DNA of 64,000 nucleotides, taken from an uncultured Gammaproteobacteria bacterium (GTDB taxonomy: Bacteria; Pseudomonadota; Gammaproteobacteria; JABCZS01). The translations under genes and the position numbers were made by a program. The stretch spans positions 128,001 to 192,000 of the forward strand of contig CAWKDC010000003.1 of NCBI GenBank assembly GCA_963848305.1, given 5' to 3'. Positions 1-10,733 of the stretch are shown piece by piece. Numbering within the stretch: the stretch's first letter is position 1; each line of letters starts with the position of its first letter. The notes beneath the pieces are model-generated. The model was given only the letters and a program-made list of their open reading frames with translations, had not been told where the DNA came from and searched no databases.

Positions 1-140
1 TCGATTGATTTCAAATAATGCAGGTTGCCGGCGTAAGTGAGTTTGTCGAGGTTAATGATTTTTTCATCCGATTGCTTGAGCCAGTCTAGGACGAAATTGG
101 ACCCAATAAATCCTGCACCACCTGTGATGAGTATGGCCAT
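1..140 (-). CDS. rfbB: dTDP-glucose 4,6-dehydratase, 5' part (runs off window)
   Basis: Minus-strand translation from ATG at 140: MAILITGGAGFIGSNFVLDWLKQSDEKIINLDKLTYAANL, the typical RfbB/RmlB N-terminus; absent from the ORF track because truncated. Confidence 0.9.
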   Translation of the reverse strand, partial: MAILITGGAGFIGSNFVLDWLKQSDEKIINLDKLTYAGNLHYLKSI

Positions 141-142
141 GT

Positions 143-1062
143 TCAGTATTTTCCAAGTAAAGCTGCGACCCACAATCCTATCATACCCAGTTGTGTTTGA
201 CGAGAGAGCCCTGATTGATGTAAGTAAACTAATCTCATGAAAAAGCTGGATTCCCGGGATTTGATGAATGTGTTCAATATCCGTTGATTGTCTGGTGTCA
301 AACGATGGATGTGTGGGAGTAGAGCCGATAACTGTATGTCATTCCATTCCTTGAACTGGTTATTCAACACCAAACGAAGCCTTTTCAATCGAGCCATCAC
401 AGAGATATTTTGACCAACCACATTATGGTCATGCTGCCGATATCGCACACTAGGGTAGGAGTCATAATAAACATTCCCGCCAATACCGGAGATGATTTGA
501 TACATCCACCAGTCATGGCTAACGATCTGTGTCGGCAGCATGGAACGGAGGGCGTTCCAAGCTGTTGCATTCAGCACCATGGTGTTCCCGCCTGCAATGC
601 TTTGGGCCAATGCATTCGCAAAGCTGGGAGGATGAGGATAAAGCGGCGATAGGCCTATCTCTTGTCCTTCTGTGTTGATTAACCGCGTCCGGCTGCCATA
701 GAGATTAGGCTGATCTGTTGGAAATGATGAGAGTACGTTGACAGCACGTTCAAGCTTATCAACTTCCCAAATATCATCTTGGTCACAAAAGGCCATGAAA
801 GGTGTTGAGGGTTCAATCGCTGTCAAAAAACTCAAGAAATTGTGTTGAAAACCCTTTTGAGCGGCTTTAGAAGTTGGATATGGAGGCCGGGATACTGCTG
901 GCGATAGTCTTCAATCATGGATAACGTGCGATCGGTTGAACCATCATCACTGATCACCAATTGGGCGGATAAAGTCTGTTTGGCAATAGACTCAATTTGT
1001 TGGCCAAGAAACTCTTCGCCATTTCGGGTGCATAAAAAAACAGTGATATTTTGTTTGTTCAT
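143..1062 (-). CDS. Family 2 glycosyltransferase (rhamnosyltransferase-like), split by a 1-nt frameshift near 865
   Basis: N-part has CTRNGEEFL..Q..SI and SDDGSTD; C-part (143..835) has FCDQDDIW, HDWW and YRQH; restoring one A in CTAAAGCC joins the frames. Confidence 0.85.
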
Positions 1063-1069
1063 GGTGAGG

Positions 1070-1098
1070 ATTGTACGACAGAAATAGGGTATCATCAA
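1070..1098 (-). promoter_or_regulatory. Putative sigma70 promoter for a leaderless glycosyltransferase mRNA
   Basis: Minus strand TTGATG-17 nt-TACAAT-7 nt-ATG(1062); no Shine-Dalgarno. Confidence 0.45.
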
Positions 1099-1129
1099 CA
1101 TCAAATGATTCAATGAATGTGGAGACAGC

Positions 1130-2551
1130 ATGCATTTTTGTCCAGTGATATTAGCCGGTGGCACAGGAACACGTTTATGGCCATTGTCGCGCGAGCTGAT
1201 GCCGAAACAATTTTTACCCATTGTCGGTGAGAAAACCCTTTTTCAAGACACGTTACTTCGCGCGAATGCCTTATGTGGCGATGTGGCTCCCTTAATTGTA
1301 TGTAACGATGCCCATTATTTTTTCTGTCAAGATCAACTGGCGGATATCAATATGGCTGACGTGCAATTCTTGCTTGAACCTGTCCCACGTAATACGGCCA
1401 GTGCCGTGGCGTTGGCTGCGTTGTTTTGGCAAGATCTTGGTGAGGGCGATACACCCATGCTGATCATGCCGGCAGACCATTTGTTGGCAGATAAGGAGCA
1501 TTTGAAAGCGTGCCTTATGTCTGCTGTGCCATTCGCGAAAGCGGGACGTCTGGTCACATTTGGTGTGCATCCGACAAAGCCTGAGACAGGGTATGGCTAC
1601 ATTGAAATGGGTGAAAGTTTGGATGAACAGGTTTTTCAGGTCAAACGCTTCGTCGAAAAACCCAACCGAGACACTGCAGAACATTATATTGCAGCAGGTC
1701 ACTATGTATGGAACAGTGGACTATTTTTAGTGACACCCAATGTTTATTTGGATGAGTTGAAACAGTATCAACCTGAAGTGTTATCCCATGCGACTCAAGG
1801 TTTTCGCGAAGCGCACGTGGGGAATGATTATCGTCGCATACATCAAACGCATTATGAATCTTGTCCCAATATTTCTATTGATTATGCTGTGATGGAAAAA
1901 AGCGATCAGGTTGTCGTAGTACTGCTTAAAACACATTGGTCAGATTTGGGTTGTTGGGCTGCTGTTTCTGAAAGCCATGCATCAGATGATCAAGACAATG
2001 TATTGATCGGCGATGTGATCGCGCAGCACAGCCATGATTGCTATCTGAATGCACAAGACAATCGGTTGATCGCAGCCATTGGATTGTCACACATGATGGT
2101 GGTTAGCACAGCAGATGCGATATTGGTGGCAGATAAACAATATGCGCAAGAAGTGAAGACCCTGGTAAAAAAATTGAAAGATGAGAACCATTCGAGTGTT
2201 ACAACGCATCGGCGCGTGTATCGTCCGTGGGGATATTATGAGTCTTTGGTTGCAGGCTCGCATTACCAAGTGAAGCATATCATGGTGAAACCAAATGCCC
2301 GTTTATCCTTGCAAAAACATCAACACCGCGCAGAACATTGGGTGGTAGTGCGTGGTGTGGCAGACGTTGTTAATGATGATGTGCACGTCACCCTTCACGC
2401 GAATCAATCAACGTATATTCCCAAAGGAGCTGTGCACCGGTTGTCAAATAGTGGCACGGATCCTTTGCATGTGATTGAAGTCCAGTCTGGGGATTATTTG
2501 GGCGAGGACGATATTGTGCGGTTGCAGGATGATTATGAGAGGGTTTTATAA
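1130..2551 (+). CDS. manC: Mannose-1-phosphate guanylyltransferase / mannose-6-phosphate isomerase
   Basis: VILAGGTGTRLWPLSR..PKQF, EPVPRNTA, FVEKP, WNSG, SIDYAVME; C-terminal cupin with RPWG and HRAEHWVVV. Confidence 0.95.
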   Translation: MHFCPVILAGGTGTRLWPLSRELMPKQFLPIVGEKTLFQDTLLRANALCGDVAPLIVCNDAHYFFCQDQLADINMADVQFLLEPVPRNTASAVALAALFWQDLGEGDTPMLIMPADHLLADKEHLKACLMSAVPFAKAGRLVTFGVHPTKPETGYGYIEMGESLDEQVFQVKRFVEKPNRDTAEHYIAAGHYVWNSGLFLVTPNVYLDELKQYQPEVLSHATQGFREAHVGNDYRRIHQTHYESCPNISIDYAVMEKSDQVVVVLLKTHWSDLGCWAAVSESHASDDQDNVLIGDVIAQHSHDCYLNAQDNRLIAAIGLSHMMVVSTADAILVADKQYAQEVKTLVKKLKDENHSSVTTHRRVYRPWGYYESLVAGSHYQVKHIMVKPNARLSLQKHQHRAEHWVVVRGVADVVNDDVHVTLHANQSTYIPKGAVHRLSNSGTDPLHVIEVQSGDYLGEDDIVRLQDDYERVL

Positions 2552-3633
2552 ATGTTCACATACCGCTCCGCCATCATCTCGGCTGTAAAATCTGCCAAAT
2601 AGTGCGCACGGATATTGCTTTGTAATCGTCGATAATAATCATCTTGTAAGTGCAGTGTATTGATCGCCTGAGCCAATGCACCTGGATCGGCTGGGGGAAC
2701 CACAATCCCTGTTTTTCCCTGTTGGTTGATAAAAGAGGTGCCCGTGCCGATATCCGTTGAAATGGCTGGCTTGTGATAGCATAACCCTTCCAACAGGCTC
2801 AAACAAAATGCTTCACTGCGTAAATGCGATGGCGCAACAACAGCACGGCACAGGGTTAACAATGCGGCCTTGTCGAGATCAGGCACATACCCCAAAAATG
2901 TCACATTCTTGAGAGCGAGTTGTTTGGCGATGGCCTTGTAGCGCGCCTCTTCTGGTCCTGTGCCAGCAATCACGATGTGTGCTTGTGTGTGTCGCGCGGC
3001 TTGCAATAAAAACTCAACGCCTTTGTAGTAGCGAAGTACGCCAATGAAGAGAAAGAAATCCTTGCCCAATTGCGCTTCCCATTGTTTGAGCAACAAGGGC
3101 TCAGCCACGGGACAGTCGGATTGAGCCATACCCAGCGGTATGGCAGTGACTTTGTCGATGTGCGCCTGTAATACAGGGCTAGATTGGATGTAATGTGGTG
3201 ATGTGGCCACAATGGCTTGTGCATGGCTGAGAAAACGGTGCATCAAAGGTTCATACGGTATTTTGAGCAACCGTTGTTTAACGATGTCTGAATGATACGT
3301 GATGATGTAGGGCTTTTTACTTTTTGTGGCCAAGTGCATGATATCTGCAAATGGCCAAGGGAAATGGTAATGGATCAGATCATACGTGCGAGTCAATGAT
3401 TCAAAATGCGTGAGAAAAGGCATGCTCATCGGGCATGAGGCAAATGTGACAGTGTTCGAATAGCGGAAGACTGCATAATCACTTTTGAAGACATCCGTTT
3501 GCGGGGTTGAGCCCACCGCGACATCCGCTTTAACCCCGTGTTTGGGGAGTTCACGACACAACTGGTGAATCACTTGTTCTACGCCACCCGTTGTTTCTGG
3601 ATAGTAGCTTTTGTAGACATGCAGGGCCTTCAT
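2533..3633 (-). CDS. GT4 glycosyltransferase (WbpZ/mannosyltransferase-like)
   Basis: GGVEQVI, HYHFPWPFAD, TYHSDIVKQ, GVLRYYKG, PSHLRSEAF..LLEG. Confidence 0.88.
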   Translation of the reverse strand: MKALHVYKSYYPETTGGVEQVIHQLCRELPKHGVKADVAVGSTPQTDVFKSDYAVFRYSNTVTFASCPMSMPFLTHFESLTRTYDLIHYHFPWPFADIMHLATKSKKPYIITYHSDIVKQRLLKIPYEPLMHRFLSHAQAIVATSPHYIQSSPVLQAHIDKVTAIPLGMAQSDCPVAEPLLLKQWEAQLGKDFFLFIGVLRYYKGVEFLLQAARHTQAHIVIAGTGPEEARYKAIAKQLALKNVTFLGYVPDLDKAALLTLCRAVVAPSHLRSEAFCLSLLEGLCYHKPAISTDIGTGTSFINQQGKTGIVVPPADPGALAQAINTLHLQDDYYRRLQSNIRAHYLADFTAEMMAERYVNIYKTLS

Positions 3634-4394
3634 GGTGTTTCATTCCGAACAAAGGTTTCCTGATAAAATGCCATGGCGTCTGGGGTGGGGCCGTGGAAAA
3701 CAATGCTGCCGGCGTCCATCACAATGGATTTGTTACAGATGCTGCTGAGTAGCTCTGCATCATGGCTTGCGAGAATGACAATTTTCGAATGGTTGATCAT
3801 GCTGTCCAAACGCTCACGGGCTTTTTCAATGAATTGCGCATCACCCACACCGACGACTTCATCCAAAATGAGGATTTCTGGCTCTATGGCAGTCGCGATG
3901 GCAAATGCAAGCCGCAACTGCATGCCGCTTGAGTAGGTGCGAATGGGCATGGAGAGGTAGTCTCCCAAATCTGTGAAGGCGGCGATGGATTTGCTGTGTT
4001 CTTCGATCGCTTTGAAGGTCATGCGATTCAATAAGCCACACATGAAAATGTTTTCATAACCGGTTGATTCAGGATCGAGTCCCAACATGACATTCAGTAA
4101 GGCAGTGACTTTTCCATTGATCTGAATATCACCTTGTAGGGGCTCATAAATACCGGCCAGCACACGCAACAGGGTGCTTTTTCCAGCGCCATTGTGCCCA
4201 ATGATACCCAGCCTATCGCCATGTTCAATGTGTAAATTGATACCGCTTAGCGCGCGTACTGTGATGACATTACCATTAGCTTGTTTGATCAAGCCCCCTG
4301 TCGTGGCGCGCAATAACCGTTTTTTGAGAGAGCGGGTATTGGCCCCATATACGGGAAAGTCCAGTGATACGTTTTTCAGAGAAATGTCAGCCAT
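3630..4394 (-). CDS. wzt: O-antigen/polysaccharide ABC exporter ATP-binding subunit
   Basis: Walker A GHNGAGKSTLL, YSSGM signature, ILILDE, GDAQF; adjacent to wzm. Confidence 0.92.
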   Translation of the reverse strand: MADISLKNVSLDFPVYGANTRSLKKRLLRATTGGLIKQANGNVITVRALSGINLHIEHGDRLGIIGHNGAGKSTLLRVLAGIYEPLQGDIQINGKVTALLNVMLGLDPESTGYENIFMCGLLNRMTFKAIEEHSKSIAAFTDLGDYLSMPIRTYSSGMQLRLAFAIATAIEPEILILDEVVGVGDAQFIEKARERLDSMINHSKIVILASHDAELLSSICNKSIVMDAGSIVFHGPTPDAMAFYQETFVRNETP

Positions 4395-4397
4395 GTG

Positions 4398-5177
4398 TTA
4401 TACCCAAAACGCGATGCGATGTCGGCACCGCCACAATAAAAGGAACATCAATAGAAAACCTGCGAGCGTGAAACAAAGCATATAAACGTAGGTGAATAAA
4501 TCGGGTATTTGCCCAATCATGGGTTGCCGAACCAATGTGACCATTTGGTAGAACGGATTGAACAGGGTGAAAAACGAATAGCGTTCAGGGATCATGTGCG
4601 GCATCCACATGACAGGGGTGAGCAAGAAGAATATCTGAACAATACTCGTGATGATGGGTTTCACGTCCTGGAAACGTGTTCCCAGTAGGCTGACAATAAA
4701 TAGATAAGAAAAGCCGCAGAGATTCAACAAAGCGATATTCAGGATGAACACTAAAAGGGATGCCAGTGAGATGTTGACATGAAAAATAACAATAATGGGG
4801 ACGATCACCAGGGTGTTGTGTAAAAAAATCAAGGTATTCCGCGTGAGTAACCGCAAAATATAGATGGTGTAGGGCAGTTTGATTTGCTTGATAAAGTTGG
4901 CATGTTGGAACAGCACCTCAGTGCTTTCTGCAATATTCATCGCAATGAAATTCCAAGTGATCATGCCACCGGCGATATAGGGGTAGTACACACTCAGATC
5001 GACCTTAAACAATTTTGCATAAAGAAACCCCATCGTGTAAACCATGGTGGCCATACTCAAGGTGATCCAGAGTGGGCCAATGACAGAGCGACGATAGCGC
5101 AAACGCAAATCCTGCCAACCCAATAGCAGCCATACTCGCCATAGGCCAAGGCCCATCAGCGAGGTCGCGAATTGCAC
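4398..5177 (-). CDS. wzm: O-antigen/polysaccharide ABC-2 permease
   Basis: LRYRRSVIGPLW, FFLLTPVMW, NPF motifs; several hydrophobic segments. Confidence 0.92.
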   Translation of the reverse strand: MQFATSLMGLGLWRVWLLLGWQDLRLRYRRSVIGPLWITLSMATMVYTMGFLYAKLFKVDLSVYYPYIAGGMITWNFIAMNIAESTEVLFQHANFIKQIKLPYTIYILRLLTRNTLIFLHNTLVIVPIIVIFHVNISLASLLVFILNIALLNLCGFSYLFIVSLLGTRFQDVKPIITSIVQIFFLLTPVMWMPHMIPERYSFFTLFNPFYQMVTLVRQPMIGQIPDLFTYVYMLCFTLAGFLLMFLLLWRCRHRIAFWV

Positions 5178-5228
5178 GTATCAGAAGCGTTCGTTGCATG
5201 TATTATCCCAACCAGAGAATGATGGATT

Positions 5229-6281
5229 TTAGCATGTTTGAGGCAATTTGCGCAGATTCCAATATAAGTAGATGAGAAACAGCACGATAAAACTGCTGAA
5301 CACACCACTATCTGGTACTTGATACTGGATCATGATCCATGCAATGCATTGTCCTAACACCGCGAATCCTGCAATCACCCAGACCGCCTGGCACCGGGAG
5401 AGGCCCCGTTTGATCAGGCTGTCTTGAATATGATCGTTTCCTGGTTTAAAAGGTGAGCGCCCTTTCCTGATGCGTTTGATAAACACCGTTGCTAAATCCA
5501 TGATAGGAACCATCACGACCCATAACATGATCGCTGGAGAAGCAATCGACGTTGTTGATTGCGACAAATCAATGGTGAACCAGGCTAAGGCAAAACCAAG
5601 CAAAGTGCTGCCCGCATCCCCCATAAAGACAACTGCTTTGCGCGCAGGCCACCAGGGAAAATTAAATACTAAATAGGCGAGAACCGCGGTGGAGAATAAC
5701 ATCAATACGAGGGCTGTTTGGTGTTGGCCTGAGTATGATGCAATCGCTGCTAAGCTGATGAAGGCTATGAGACTTAAGCTGCCTGCCAAACCATCAATGC
5801 CATCCAGCATGTTGACGGCATTGATCAACGTTGCCGCGCCAAAGAGGGTAATAGGCACAGCCATGTAGCCTAAATAAAATGTTGCTTCACTGAACAAACC
5901 GCCGAGTTGTTCTAAACAAACGTGACCCCAAAAAATCATGAATGACACGGCGACAAGTTGCAAAGCCAATCGAATGCGAGCAGAGATATCGTGCAAGTCA
6001 TCTAAAATGCCGACGATCAATATAAACATTCCAATGACCATAAAACTACGGTATGGGAGGAAAACCGTGGGCAAATAAACCAACCCTGCATAAAGACCAA
6101 TGAACATCGCAATCCCGCCGACAATAGGTGTAGGCAGCGCATGTTGTTTGCGCCCCCCAGGCATGTCAACCAACCTGATTTTATTTGCCCACTTTTTCAA
6201 GACGAGTATAGTAAGCACGGTGAATATGAAAGTGATTCCGATTGCTGCAAAAAAAGTATGTTCCATCATCGTTGCATCCAT
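5229..6281 (-). CDS. wecA: Undecaprenyl-phosphate GlcNAc-1-phosphate transferase (MraY/WecA family)
   Basis: D.PGGRKQH..PTPIVGGIA, GILDD, NAVNMLDGIDGLAG, VFMGDAGS. Confidence 0.9.
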   Translation of the reverse strand: MDATMMEHTFFAAIGITFIFTVLTILVLKKWANKIRLVDMPGGRKQHALPTPIVGGIAMFIGLYAGLVYLPTVFLPYRSFMVIGMFILIVGILDDLHDISARIRLALQLVAVSFMIFWGHVCLEQLGGLFSEATFYLGYMAVPITLFGAATLINAVNMLDGIDGLAGSLSLIAFISLAAIASYSGQHQTALVLMLFSTAVLAYLVFNFPWWPARKAVVFMGDAGSTLLGFALAWFTIDLSQSTTSIASPAIMLWVVMVPIMDLATVFIKRIRKGRSPFKPGNDHIQDSLIKRGLSRCQAVWVIAGFAVLGQCIAWIMIQYQVPDSGVFSSFIVLFLIYLYWNLRKLPQTC

Positions 6282-6345
6282 GTTGTATTGAACATCATCA
6301 GCATGCTACTATACCCTTTCTTTCATCAGCAGGGAAGGATATTGG

Positions 6346-7695
6346 ATGGAGATTACTGTTCACGGCGTCGGATATGTCGGGCTTGTCACAGGCGCTTGTT
6401 TTGCAGAGGCAGGTAATCATGTGGTGTGTTTTGATGTTAATGCAGCGCGCATCCATGAACTTCAACAATGCCGCCCACCGATTTATGAACCTGGTTTAGA
6501 AGAATTGCTGAAACGCAATGCCGAAGCGGGGCGCCTTAGATTCACAACCAATGTTGAAGCAGCTGTTTCGCATGCAACCGTGCAATTCGTTGCCGTGGCT
6601 ACCCCTGCGCAAGAGAATGGTGACGCTGATTTAGGCTATGTGTTAAGCGTTGCGCGTAATATCGCTGTACACATGCAGTCGTATAAATTGATCGTGAATA
6701 AGTCGACGGTGCCTGTGAATGCAGCGCACACTATTCGGCAGGTGGTTGAAGACATCACGGATATTCCTTTTGATGTGGCGTCGAATCCTGAATTCTTAAA
6801 AGAAAGCATGGCGATTGAAGATTTCATGAAACCGAATCGGGTGGTCTTAGGTGTTAATTCCGAACGGGCGACGGCATTATTGAAAGCGTTGTATACGCCA
6901 TTTGTCACCTCCCCTGAACAATTAATGTGGATGGATTTGAAATCTGCTGAGCTTTCCAAATATGCTTCCAATGCCATGCTGGCAACTCGCATCAGTTTCA
7001 TGAATGAAATGGCGCGGCTGGCGGAAGTTTATGGAGCAAACATCGAACATATTCGCCAAGCAATGGGGATGGATCCTCGCATCGGCGCGCAATACTTACA
7101 TCCCGGTCCTGGCTATGGGGGTTCATGTTTCCCGAAAGACATGAAGGCGCTGATCCACATGGGTAAAACAGTGGGTGTGGATACCCCCTTGCTGAATGCA
7201 GTTGAAGTAGTAAATCATGCTCAAAAACAACGCATGTTTGAAAAACTATATACTTATTGGGGCGGTGATTGTGCCGGGAAAACAGTGGCATTGTGGGGGT
7301 TGGCGTTTAAAGCCAACACTGACGATGTGCGTGACAGCGCGAGTATTATCTTGGTCAATGCATTATTATCACATGGTGTGAAAGTGGTGGCGTATGATCG
7401 TCTCGCCTCATACCATTTTTTATCAGCGGTAGGAGAGCGAGAAGGGTTGTCGATCGCTGCGTCTGCTGAATCAGCCTTGATCAATGCAGATGCAGTGATC
7501 ATCATGACGGATCCTCTAGCGTTCAAAACGATTGATGTCACGTTATTCAAGACAACATTAAAGTCCGCTGTGGTGTTTGATGCCCGTAATATGTACGATC
7601 CCGCCGCGATGGCGCGCGCTGGCGTGGAGTATTTCTCTATTGGGCGCAATCATGCAATGATGCATAAGGAACATGCCGATGAAACCTATTCGTAA
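6346..7695 (+). CDS. ugd: UDP-glucose 6-dehydrogenase
   Basis: GVGYVGL, KSTVP, NPEFLKE, GYGGSCFPKD, GLAFKANTDDVR. Confidence 0.93.
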   Translation: MEITVHGVGYVGLVTGACFAEAGNHVVCFDVNAARIHELQQCRPPIYEPGLEELLKRNAEAGRLRFTTNVEAAVSHATVQFVAVATPAQENGDADLGYVLSVARNIAVHMQSYKLIVNKSTVPVNAAHTIRQVVEDITDIPFDVASNPEFLKESMAIEDFMKPNRVVLGVNSERATALLKALYTPFVTSPEQLMWMDLKSAELSKYASNAMLATRISFMNEMARLAEVYGANIEHIRQAMGMDPRIGAQYLHPGPGYGGSCFPKDMKALIHMGKTVGVDTPLLNAVEVVNHAQKQRMFEKLYTYWGGDCAGKTVALWGLAFKANTDDVRDSASIILVNALLSHGVKVVAYDRLASYHFLSAVGEREGLSIAASAESALINADAVIIMTDPLAFKTIDVTLFKTTLKSAVVFDARNMYDPAAMARAGVEYFSIGRNHAMMHKEHADETYS

Positions 7696-8542
7696 AGCGA
7701 TTTTTCCCGTGGCCGGTTTAGGCACACGTTTTTTGCCAGCCACTAAAGCAGCCCCGAAAGAATTATTGCCGATTGTCGATAAACCCCTCATTCAATATGC
7801 CGTGGAGGAAGCGATTGCTGCCGGCATTGAAGAATTGATCTTTGTGACGAGCAGTAATAAACGTGCGATAGAGGATCATTTTGATCGTAACCTAGAATTA
7901 GAATCGTATCTTGAAACGCATGGTCAACTCGAGCGATTGGCTTTGGTTCGCAATATTTTGCCTCCTCATGTGAGCTGTGCTTATGTGCGTCAAAGCGAAC
8001 CGAAAGGTTTGGGCGATGCTATTTTATGTGCGAGACGCTTGGTCGGTAACGAGCCCTTTGCGGTACTGTTGGCGGACGATTTGATTGATGGTCACGGTGC
8101 TGGCGCCATGGCACAGATGGTCGGTTTCTATCAACAGCACGGCGGGCAAGTATTGGCCGCATCTCGCGTCTCCATGAGTGAAGTTCATCATTATGGTATT
8201 GTGGACGGGGTTGAGAGTGGTGATCGCGCACACCGTGTTCATCATGTCGTTGAAAAACCTACTGAAGCAGAAGCGCCTTCCGATTTAGCAGTGATTGGCC
8301 GCTATATTTTAGATTCTGCTATTTTTGCTGTGTTAGAAAACGCTGTGCCAGGTAAAAATGGTGAAATCCAATTAACAGATGCAATTGCTTCGTTATTATC
8401 TTCCATGCCTACGCATGCCTATCAATTCGACGGTATTCGCTACGATTGTGGCAATAAACTCGGTTACATTCAGGCATGTTTGGCGTACGCGATGAAAGAC
8501 CCAACACTGGCCGCGGGGGTGCATTCCATATGTATTTTTTGA
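7679..8542 (+). CDS. galU: UTP--glucose-1-phosphate uridylyltransferase
   Basis: KAIFPVAGLGTRFLPATKAAPKELLPIVDKP, GEIQLTDAI, YDCG. Confidence 0.96.
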   Translation: MKPIRKAIFPVAGLGTRFLPATKAAPKELLPIVDKPLIQYAVEEAIAAGIEELIFVTSSNKRAIEDHFDRNLELESYLETHGQLERLALVRNILPPHVSCAYVRQSEPKGLGDAILCARRLVGNEPFAVLLADDLIDGHGAGAMAQMVGFYQQHGGQVLAASRVSMSEVHHYGIVDGVESGDRAHRVHHVVEKPTEAEAPSDLAVIGRYILDSAIFAVLENAVPGKNGEIQLTDAIASLLSSMPTHAYQFDGIRYDCGNKLGYIQACLAYAMKDPTLAAGVHSICIF

Positions 8543-8624
8543 TGATCACCATTGTGATTTATTTTATCAAAGATCGAATGATATTTGGAGGTAAACGCTT
8601 ATTTAATTCCCGCCCGCGCGCGCC

Positions 8625-9581
8625 CTATATGTTTCCTTTAATCGCTTGCCCCAGTTGATACACTGCCAACGCATATTGGGGGCTTTTATTGTATCGTGTG
8701 ATCACGTAGAAATTCTGCAAACCTAACCAATATTCTTTATCGTTCACCATTTGGTAACCTAAGACGGTGCCCAGGGCTTTATCGTTCAAGCCGTTCAAAT
8801 CACGAACGCCTTGTGCGCGCAAGGTGCCAATCGGTGTTTTCGGTTCAATGTTATCTAATCCTACGGAAGGGTCGGACACATGGGTCAATTTGATCGCGAC
8901 TGGGCTGCCAGATTGCCAACCATAGCCTTTAAAATAATTGGCGACACTGGCGATTGCGTCGTTATGATCTGTCCATAAATTGCGTTTACCGTCGTTGTGA
9001 GAATCTACTGCATACTTACGATAAGAGCTGGGCATGAATTGGGGAATGCCCATGGCACCTGCGTAGGATCCTTTCAATGTCAGTGGATCAATATGTTGTT
9101 CACGTGTCAGCAATAAATACTCAACCAATTCTTGTCTGAAATAAGGCGCACGTTTTGGATATGCAAAGGCGAGCGTGCTCAACGCATCAATCACGCGATA
9201 GCTGCCAGTATTTCTGCCATAGCGTGTTTCTACGCCGATAATCGCCACAATGATAGAAGCAGGGACACCATATGTTTTTTCAGCCTGAGTTAACGCGGCT
9301 TTATGTTGATGGTAATATTCAACACCATCTTGAATGGATTTGGGTGTCACGAAAATAGGACGATACAGGTACCAGGGTTTGCCTTCGGCAGGGCGGTTCA
9401 TGGCATCAATAATGCTTTCTTGGATCTCAACTTTTTTGAAGACTTGATTCAGCGACTGTTGCGAAAATTGGTGCTTCTGCACCATTTCCTGAATAAAGGC
9501 TTGTACATCTGGACGCGTGCTGATATCAGCCAATGCCAGCAAGGGGAGGAATATGATGAGAGTCAGTAGACGTTTAATCAT
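8625..9581 (-). CDS. mltB: Lytic murein transglycosylase B
   Basis: IIGVETRYG, GSYAGAMGIPQFMPSSY, DAIASVANY, ITRYNKS; signal peptide. Confidence 0.93.
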   Translation of the reverse strand: MIKRLLTLIIFLPLLALADISTRPDVQAFIQEMVQKHQFSQQSLNQVFKKVEIQESIIDAMNRPAEGKPWYLYRPIFVTPKSIQDGVEYYHQHKAALTQAEKTYGVPASIIVAIIGVETRYGRNTGSYRVIDALSTLAFAYPKRAPYFRQELVEYLLLTREQHIDPLTLKGSYAGAMGIPQFMPSSYRKYAVDSHNDGKRNLWTDHNDAIASVANYFKGYGWQSGSPVAIKLTHVSDPSVGLDNIEPKTPIGTLRAQGVRDLNGLNDKALGTVLGYQMVNDKEYWLGLQNFYVITRYNKSPQYALAVYQLGQAIKGNI

Positions 9582-9593
9582 GAATATCGCCTT

Positions 9594-10733
9594 TTAATCA
9601 GATACGAGATGACGGTGCGTTCGAATAGACATCAGGATACCAAATCCAGCCATTAAAGTCACTATCGATGTGCCGCCATAACTGATGAGTGGCAGGGGAA
9701 CTCCAACCACCGGCAGCACGCCTGCCACCATGCCGGTATTAATGATGACGTATATCGCAAAGGTGAGTGTGATACTGCCGGCCAATAATCGTGTGAAGGT
9801 ATTTTGAGCGCTGATCGTGATGGTCATCATGCGCCAAAGGATAGCAAAATAAGCGGTATACAGTACGACTGCACCCATGAGCCCCATTTCTTCTGTCAGA
9901 ACGGCGAAGATAAAGTCAGTGGAACGTTCTGGCAGAAATTCCAAGTGAGATTGTGTGCCTTGCATCCAGCCCTTGCCGAAAACACCGCCCGAGCCAATGG
10001 CGATTTTAGATTGAATGGTGTGATAGCCTGCTCCTAAAGGGTCAAGCTCAGGGTTCATGAACATTAAAATCCGTTTGCGTTGATAATCATGTAAAAAGTG
10101 CCACAACACAGGGGCTGCCAACGCAATCAAGCCAACCAGGCTGAACAAATATCGCCACGGCAGGCCCGCCAAAAATAACACACAGAAACCACTGGCGGCG
10201 ATCAACAAGGCCGTACCCAAATCAGGTTGTTTGGCAATCATCAAAACGGGCACGATAATGATCAGGCTTGCGAAGAAGCTATCTTTCAAGGTGCAGGGCA
10301 GGGGACGTTCAGCAAAATAATACGCAACCATCATGGGGACGGCCAGTTTCATGAATTCAGAGGGTTGAAAGCGAATGAATTTTAAATCGAGCCAACGTTG
10401 CGCGCCTTTCCCGACATCCCCCATCACCAAGACGAGGATCAGTAAGATGATGCCAGAGGTGTAGACAAAAGGAACAAGCGCACAAAAATACCGAGGCGGT
10501 ATTTGTGCGATAAATGTCATGACAGCCAAAGCGATGCCAAATCGTGCCAATTGCCGCTCAAACATACCCAAATTCTGGTTGGCTGCGCTGAATAACACAA
10601 AGCAACCAATTCCCATTAAAATAAATAACAAGAACAAGAGCGGGCCATCTAAGTGCCATTTTTCCATGAGCGAACGCTGGTTTCCAAAGCCGGGTGCCGT
10701 GCGCGGGGCATGTGGACTGAACGTGAAAGACAT
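9594..10733 (-). CDS. rodA: Rod shape-determining protein RodA
   Basis: GAQRWL, FQPSEFMK, QPDLGT, PERSTDFIF, PLISYGG; downstream of mrdA. Confidence 0.95.
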   Translation of the reverse strand: MSFTFSPHAPRTAPGFGNQRSLMEKWHLDGPLLFLLFILMGIGCFVLFSAANQNLGMFERQLARFGIALAVMTFIAQIPPRYFCALVPFVYTSGIILLILVLVMGDVGKGAQRWLDLKFIRFQPSEFMKLAVPMMVAYYFAERPLPCTLKDSFFASLIIIVPVLMIAKQPDLGTALLIAASGFCVLFLAGLPWRYLFSLVGLIALAAPVLWHFLHDYQRKRILMFMNPELDPLGAGYHTIQSKIAIGSGGVFGKGWMQGTQSHLEFLPERSTDFIFAVLTEEMGLMGAVVLYTAYFAILWRMMTITISAQNTFTRLLAGSITLTFAIYVIINTGMVAGVLPVVGVPLPLISYGGTSIVTLMAGFGILMSIRTHRHLVSD

